Source: a virus
Lineage: Duplodnaviria; Caudoviricetes
Length of the DNA: 29,956 nucleotides
IMG/VR virus record: IMGVR_UViG_3300020044_003359
Span: 1-29,956 of that record
Reading direction: 5' to 3' (one strand)
The stretch's first letter is position 1, and the number at the start of each line of letters is the position of its first letter. The notes beneath the pieces are model-generated. The model did not search any database, was not told the DNA's origin, and was given only the letters and a program-made list of their open reading frames with translations. The translations under genes and the position numbers were made by a program. This document shows positions 25,758 to 29,956 of this stretch, one piece after another.

Positions 25758-26033
25758 TTACATTAACATCGCACCTTTTAACGGCTTAAATCTGAAAAGA
25801 TTACCATATTGCGGATGCTCTAAAACAAATTTACGTGCATACATTGGCGCAAAATTGTTGTTGATTTTAAATGGATCATTATTAGATTGGAATGCGTAAT
25901 TGTATCGCATTTCCTCAAATATGTACTTTGATCCAATTTGCCTGCGCCCTTCGTTTGCCATCTTTATTGCGATGGATTTGTACAACTCATAAATGTGTTT
26001 GTTGCTTTGATCGTATTGTTGAAACGTTACCAT
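25758..26033 (-). CDS. Phage hypothetical protein
   Basis: 91 aa, 'IGSKYIFEEMRY...FKINNNFAPMYARKF'. Confidence 0.7.
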   Translation of the reverse strand: MVTFQQYDQSNKHIYELYKSIAIKMANEGRRQIGSKYIFEEMRYNYAFQSNNDPFKINNNFAPMYARKFVLEHPQYGNLFRFKPLKGAMLM

Positions 26034-26148
26034 GATTATATTGTTTTGGGTGAATAATATGTAATTTCTTTCTGTTACGTTCTAATTCTTTGGCGATATG
26101 CGCCCAAACCTGGTTGAACGTGTATCCTAATTCATTTGTTTTTTCCAT
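25987..26148 (-). CDS. 53-aa hypothetical protein (absent from the ORF track)
   Basis: MEKTNELGYTFNQVWAHIAKELERNRKKLH...; fills the gap between its neighbours. Confidence 0.45.
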   Translation of the reverse strand: MEKTNELGYTFNQVWAHIAKELERNRKKLHIIHPKQYNHGNVSTIRSKQQTHL

Positions 26149-26242
26149 CTTTTATCATGTTTAAAATCGCACCTAATATCGTAAAAAACATTTGTGCGCA
26201 AGTCCAATAAAATATCAAATTTATTTTTTCGTCTATGCTCAT
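26132..26242 (-). CDS. 36-aa single-TM peptide (absent from the ORF track)
   Basis: MSIDEKINLIFYWTCAQMFFTILGAILNMIKDGKNK. ATGA overlap with the upstream stop at 26239. Confidence 0.55.
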   Translation of the reverse strand: MSIDEKINLIFYWTCAQMFFTILGAILNMIKDGKNK

Positions 26243-26508
26243 TTTTTTACGTATCTAATGATTGACATAATAGGGATTCCAATTAATCTACGATCCGGAT
26301 CAGGATGTTTGAAAAACAATGTCCGGTTCCCATCTGTTGCGTGATCCAATGTGGATTTTAAAAATACAACCTGATTTCCCAATCGGTATTCAAGTTCATA
26401 CACGGCCCCAATTTCAACATCTCTGTGCTTTAAATTTGCCGTTGCAACGGAATAAATTGCCCTCAATTCTCCGTGTCGTGTGGTGTAACTATCTACGATT
26501 TTGCGCAT
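26239..26508 (-). CDS. Hypothetical protein
   Basis: 89 aa, starting 2 nt after the SSB-like stop. Confidence 0.65.
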   Translation of the reverse strand: MRKIVDSYTTRHGELRAIYSVATANLKHRDVEIGAVYELEYRLGNQVVFLKSTLDHATDGNRTLFFKHPDPDRRLIGIPIMSIIRYVKK

Positions 26509-26510
26509 AA

Positions 26511-26822
26511 TTAGAAAGGTAAATCATCTGATTGTACAATTGGATTTATTTGACGTTGGATTGGCTGTGCCGGTGCTGATTGTCCTGGTGATTCCAAAAT
26601 TTTCAACAATTTAAAATTACCTACGATTGGCAATTTTAAACCTGATTCACGTTCCTCCTTTGTCGTGTTCTGCTTTACGAATCCATTGTTTTCATATTGA
26701 TCCGGTGTATCTGTCAAAACACCTGTGATGTCCAAATATCGTGCGCCTGTTTTTATGCTGTGAAAAACTCTGTTTTCATCGATTTTTGAAAGGTCAATTT
26801 TAATGCTTACTAAACGTGCCAT
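26511..26822 (-). CDS. Putative single-stranded DNA-binding protein
   Basis: Acidic SSB-type C-terminus DDLPF after a Pro/Gln linker. Two genes downstream of Erf. Confidence 0.65.
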   Translation of the reverse strand: MARLVSIKIDLSKIDENRVFHSIKTGARYLDITGVLTDTPDQYENNGFVKQNTTKEERESGLKLPIVGNFKLLKILESPGQSAPAQPIQRQINPIVQSDDLPF

Positions 26823-26843
26823 TTGATTTTTTATTTAGATTGT

Positions 26844-27308
26844 TTATTTAATAATTTTCTTGATTGTGGTTGTGGATGTTTTCGATGGTGGGTAAAAATC
26901 CATAAATTCCCCTGTTTCTTCATCCAATGTGGATGTCTTTGATTTCAATGCCTTACAAAATGCCTCAACCTCTTTTTGTTTTTCTTTTAGACGATCGATT
27001 TCAAATTGCAACTTGCACCAGGATTCGGTTTCCGAATAGTCATATTTTACACCGCCTTCCATTTCTGAAAAGTCAACACCGAATGCAGACAATTTACTAT
27101 CTTTATTTTGACGCAGATCAACAAATAAATGGTCTTTGATGTGTTTGTCCATCTCTGATGCTAACAATTGAAATTTGGCCAATTGTGCCGCCAATTTTAC
27201 AACGTTGATTGATTCTGGATTGGCCATGAATGATTCGGCCATCTGCGCAATCTCTTTTTTGTTTAAATCTAAGATTTGGCCATCAACGGCCATCAATTCG
27301 TTTTTCAT
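26844..27308 (-). CDS. Hypothetical protein of the recombination module
   Basis: 154 aa between Erf and the SSB-like gene. Confidence 0.7.
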   Translation of the reverse strand: MKNELMAVDGQILDLNKKEIAQMAESFMANPESINVVKLAAQLAKFQLLASEMDKHIKDHLFVDLRQNKDSKLSAFGVDFSEMEGGVKYDYSETESWCKLQFEIDRLKEKQKEVEAFCKALKSKTSTLDEETGEFMDFYPPSKTSTTTIKKIIK

Positions 27309-27322
27309 AGGTTGTTTGATTA

Positions 27323-27931
27323 TTAATTTGATAATTCGGTTTTACGATGGTTAAATAATTGCTGAATTTCTTTGTTTTGTTTTGCCTCATCAGTCAATTT
27401 TCCCCAAATCCCTTTTAATTCACCAATTGCAATCACACTTTTAACATCTGAAATCAATTCTTTAAACTCAATGTCAAAATTAGATGGTGCCTGCATCCCT
27501 GTTTTGGTCTGTGGCTTCGATTCCTGCGATTTGCCGTGATCATTTGTTGCATCTGAATCCTTTGTGTCATCGATGGCAAATAAACCGTTTAAAGCATATT
27601 TACGTGCGTAACTTGATGCGGCCCCTGTAATCTGTGATCCATCCATCCCCTTTTTGGTTTCTTCTTCACGTGCCAATCCTATTGAACTAAATGTTTGTTT
27701 GCCATTTGTCAATTCAGCAACAGATTTGATATACCAACGGCCCTCAGCAAAAATTAAATCATCTGTCAATGTAATCGCAAAACCCATTGGATTTACAACC
27801 TTTTTGACTGCCTCCAAAATATCTTCGGCTGATCTGTAATGGTATTTCCCAAATGAATTGAATTGGCCTTTTGGTGCCTTTAATTTTGCCTGAATTTCGG
27901 CTAATGGATTATTTAATTTTTCTTGATTCAT
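27323..27931 (-). CDS. erf: Erf-family single-strand annealing recombinase
   Basis: KAPKGQFNSFGKYHYRSAEDI and the signature QITGAASSYARKYALNGLFAIDD..D.D. Confidence 0.9.
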   Translation of the reverse strand: MNQEKLNNPLAEIQAKLKAPKGQFNSFGKYHYRSAEDILEAVKKVVNPMGFAITLTDDLIFAEGRWYIKSVAELTNGKQTFSSIGLAREEETKKGMDGSQITGAASSYARKYALNGLFAIDDTKDSDATNDHGKSQESKPQTKTGMQAPSNFDIEFKELISDVKSVIAIGELKGIWGKLTDEAKQNKEIQQLFNHRKTELSN

Positions 27932-28115
27932 CGTATAATTGTTTTGAAATTCGATTGATTGATTCCCACATTAGGGGATAATTTAATTTTCTGGACATTG
28001 CCATCTGAACATTGTGTGGCTCCCATTTGTCTTTTCGTGGTGGCTGAATCCCTTGTTTGTTTAGATCATCAGCCACTAATCTTTGCAACTCTGATTGATT
28101 AATTTTTACCCTCAT
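27909..28115 (-). CDS. Hypothetical protein (possible small DNA-binding domain)
   Basis: 68 aa, 'LVADDLNKQGIQPPRKDKW....V'. Confidence 0.6.
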   Translation of the reverse strand: MRVKINQSELQRLVADDLNKQGIQPPRKDKWEPHNVQMAMSRKLNYPLMWESINRISKQLYDESRKIK

Positions 28116-28287
28116 ATCTTTTTTCTAACATTTCCTGCATTGATTCAAATTCCTCAATGCCTATTTCTTTTCCGCCATAATTGGCCATTTCGCTTTGAAT
28201 ATATTTACCAAGTTCATCAGTATTATTGAAATCTTTGGTGATGGTGTAATATCCTGCGTGATCTTTAAATGTGATTTTATATACCAT
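28099..28287 (-). CDS. Hypothetical early protein
   Basis: Likely start ATG 28287 (MVYKITFKD). Confidence 0.6.
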   Translation of the reverse strand: MVYKITFKDHAGYYTITKDFNNTDELGKYIQSEMANYGGKEIGIEEFESMQEMLEKRYEGKN

Positions 28288-28298
28288 TGCCGTAGTAA

Positions 28299-28409
28299 TT
28301 AAATGTTTCCGATGATGTACATGATTTTCGCACAAAATGCGATGGCTGATAAACAGATGATTAAACCTGCGATGTCATTTTTGTCGATTGTTTTTAATAA
28401 ATTCCACAT
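28299..28409 (-). CDS. 36-aa single-TM peptide (absent from the ORF track)
   Basis: MWNYLKTIDKNDIAGLIICLSAIAFCAKIMYIIGNI, preceded by an AAACAACAACAAT leader. Confidence 0.55.
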   Translation of the reverse strand: MWNLLKTIDKNDIAGLIICLSAIAFCAKIMYIIGNI

Positions 28410-28459
28410 ATTGTTGTTGTTTAAAATATTGCCGGGAATCCGCCCGGCTCGGTGTTGTT

Positions 28460-28741
28460 TTATACTATTTTAAATTCTTTAATTGTAATTGATTTTGATT
28501 GTGGTTTTTTAAATTGGTCAATTTCAATTGTATTATTTTCAAATCTGTAAAATGCTCGCCATTCTGAATCCAAAAAATTTAATGGCCCAAAAAATACACC
28601 ATCATTTCTTTCGAAAACAATTGATCCTAATGATATTAATTGATTTGTAATTCTTGATTTTTTTGAAACTGAATTAACACGTGTCGTTGCATTGACAACC
28701 AAAATTGTTTTGTTTTCTAATGATTTTGCTATGTTTTCCAT
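28460..28741 (-). CDS. First early gene, hypothetical
   Basis: Likely start ATG 28741 (MENIAKSL) after a (CAA)n leader and a promoter. Confidence 0.6.
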   Translation of the reverse strand: MENIAKSLENKTILVVNATTRVNSVSKKSRITNQLISLGSIVFERNDGVFFGPLNFLDSEWRAFYRFENNTIEIDQFKKPQSKSITIKEFKIV

Positions 28742-28762
28742 TGTTGTTGTTGTTTGTTGATG

Positions 28763-28792
28763 TAAAATTACACCTTTTTCCGGTATTCCAAA
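28763..28792 (-). promoter_or_regulatory. Probable early promoter (-33 TTTG, -7 TAATTTTA)
   Basis: TTTG-N18-TAATTTTA, with an AT-rich upstream region. Confidence 0.5.
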
Positions 28793-28845
28793 CAATTTCA
28801 AACAAATTAATGCAAAAAAAAATAAAATAATTATTTAACGGTCAT

Positions 28846-28877
28846 AAAAAAGGGCAAATCCATTGGAAATGCCCTTT
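28846..28877 (-). terminator. Intrinsic terminator
   Basis: AAAGGGCA...TGCCCTTT stem followed by further T residues on the minus strand. Confidence 0.75.
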
Positions 28878-28927
28878 ATTCTACAACAACTATGAATCAT
28901 TAAACCTTTTTTATTCATGCAAATCTA
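28846..28927 (-). ncRNA. Candidate ~70-nt stand-alone small RNA (own promoter plus terminator)
   Basis: TAGATTTG box at 28920-28927 overlaps the upstream stop. The core GATTCATAGTTGTTGT is antisense to a start-codon context. Confidence 0.4.
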
Positions 28928-29908
28928 CACAATTTTGCCATCTTTTATCATAATATTATCAACCTTTGATTTACCATCTGTGATTGTAACCACCGCAAAT
29001 CCGTTGTTGTGTTGTGCAAATGGATAGTATTTTGGCGATAATTGTGTCAAACATCCTGTTGAATACGTGTGGATGAAATTTTTAAATCCATCCTTTTTGA
29101 TCGTATTGGTTGTCCTGTGAACGTGACCAATCAATGTATTGCAGAATGTTTTATTGAATGTGCTTTGTGATGGGTTCATACCACCGGCCATCAGTTCGTG
29201 TCCGTGACATACCAACAAATCGCCCATTTCCATGCCCTGCCAATCAGGAACAAATTTCATATCCAATGAATCTAACCTAAAAAACTTATCAAATTGCATT
29301 TCGTGCAACTGCGCAAATTCTTCTGCCTGCTCATTCAAATACCTCTGGTATCTATTTTCGTGATTTCCAGCCTTAAAATAGATAGGTATATTGGGGAAAA
29401 TATCACGCAACTTTTGCAGAAAATTTCGGCACATTTCAATTTCTTTTGGAAAATCACGTAAATCCTTTTCCTTTTCGTGCCGGCTAATGCTGTAAAAATC
29501 GAATGTGTCTCCATTTAGATACAGGCAATCAATGTTTTCTGCCTTCAATTGTTTGATGGCCGCCACAACGGCTTCAACTGAATGAAACGGAACGTGAATG
29601 TCACTAAGTATTCCAATTTTTTTCAAATGATCTGGTAATCGATCTGATGTGTATTCCTTCCCAATTGATGGTTCAATGCCGAAATTATCCATTTCGTCCC
29701 ATTCCATTGATTCAATGTGTGCCTTTGGTAAATTGGCCAAATTCTGTTCCGCCCTTGTTCGTGACAATATATTGTAACGGCTCATCATCTTTCGCATCTG
29801 CTTTGCATCTGAATACCCATATGATTCATGGTATTTTTCCGAAAAATGTTTCATTGATAATGGCGATGAAAAAAAATGATCCTTGATTTGATCGTGTTTT
29901 AAACCCAT
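28925..29908 (-). CDS. Calcineurin-like metallophosphoesterase with N-terminal extension
   Basis: All five motifs present: SDIH, NGDTFD, GNHE, HGH, GHVH. Likely start ATG 29908. Confidence 0.9.
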   Translation of the reverse strand: MGLKHDQIKDHFFSSPLSMKHFSEKYHESYGYSDAKQMRKMMSRYNILSRTRAEQNLANLPKAHIESMEWDEMDNFGIEPSIGKEYTSDRLPDHLKKIGILSDIHVPFHSVEAVVAAIKQLKAENIDCLYLNGDTFDFYSISRHEKEKDLRDFPKEIEMCRNFLQKLRDIFPNIPIYFKAGNHENRYQRYLNEQAEEFAQLHEMQFDKFFRLDSLDMKFVPDWQGMEMGDLLVCHGHELMAGGMNPSQSTFNKTFCNTLIGHVHRTTNTIKKDGFKNFIHTYSTGCLTQLSPKYYPFAQHNNGFAVVTITDGKSKVDNIMIKDGKIV

Positions 29909-29956
29909 TTGTAGTTTTTTTTCAAAATTAGCCAAATAACTAATTAGTAAAACCGA
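29836..29956. repeat. Terminal direct repeat, copy 2
   Basis: Identical to 1-121. Confidence 0.95.

Noticed and set aside
1944-29886. All plus-strand ORFs in the track (e.g. 3849-4400, 20632-21060, 20931-21353)
   Set aside because: They are antisense shadows of well-supported minus-strand genes, with no recognisable motifs or plausible leaders.
1-29956. Stop-codon reassignment, tRNA genes, introns or inteins
   Set aside because: The standard code gives dense, full-length genes. No cloverleaf was seen in the short intergenic gaps, and core proteins are of normal length.

Overview
The window is an apparently complete ~29.8 kb circular(ised) siphovirus genome. The first 121 nt recur exactly at 29836-29956, giving a unit length of 29,835 bp. 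All credible genes are on the minus strand. Read from the right end, the order is: metallophosphoesterase; early/recombination genes (Erf, SSB-like); DUF4373-type replication initiator with internal iterons; XRE HTH; VRR-NUC; DUF3310; ParB-like; TerS; PBSX-type TerL; HK97-type portal; F-like head protein; prohead protease; major capsid; four head-tail joining genes; a large lysis block (holins, M15 endolysin, spanin candidates); a repeat-rich tail fibre with an S74 chaperone; two tail-tube paralogues; a G/GT chaperone with a -1 frameshift; tape measure; and a hub-like protein. A Bacteroidota host is inferred from TAnnTTTG promoter boxes and A-rich leaders lacking Shine-Dalgarno motifs. No integrase, polymerase, tRNA or CRISPR was recognised. 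The most unusual signals are non-coding: two terminator-bounded candidate small RNAs that are antisense to start-codon regions of the phage's own early genes, a kissing-loop/terminator leader upstream of the replication initiator, a 1:2/2:3/3:4 attenuator-like switch at the tail-tube stop codon, and a duplicated promoter with a palindrome. All calls were made by eye; no database searches were run.
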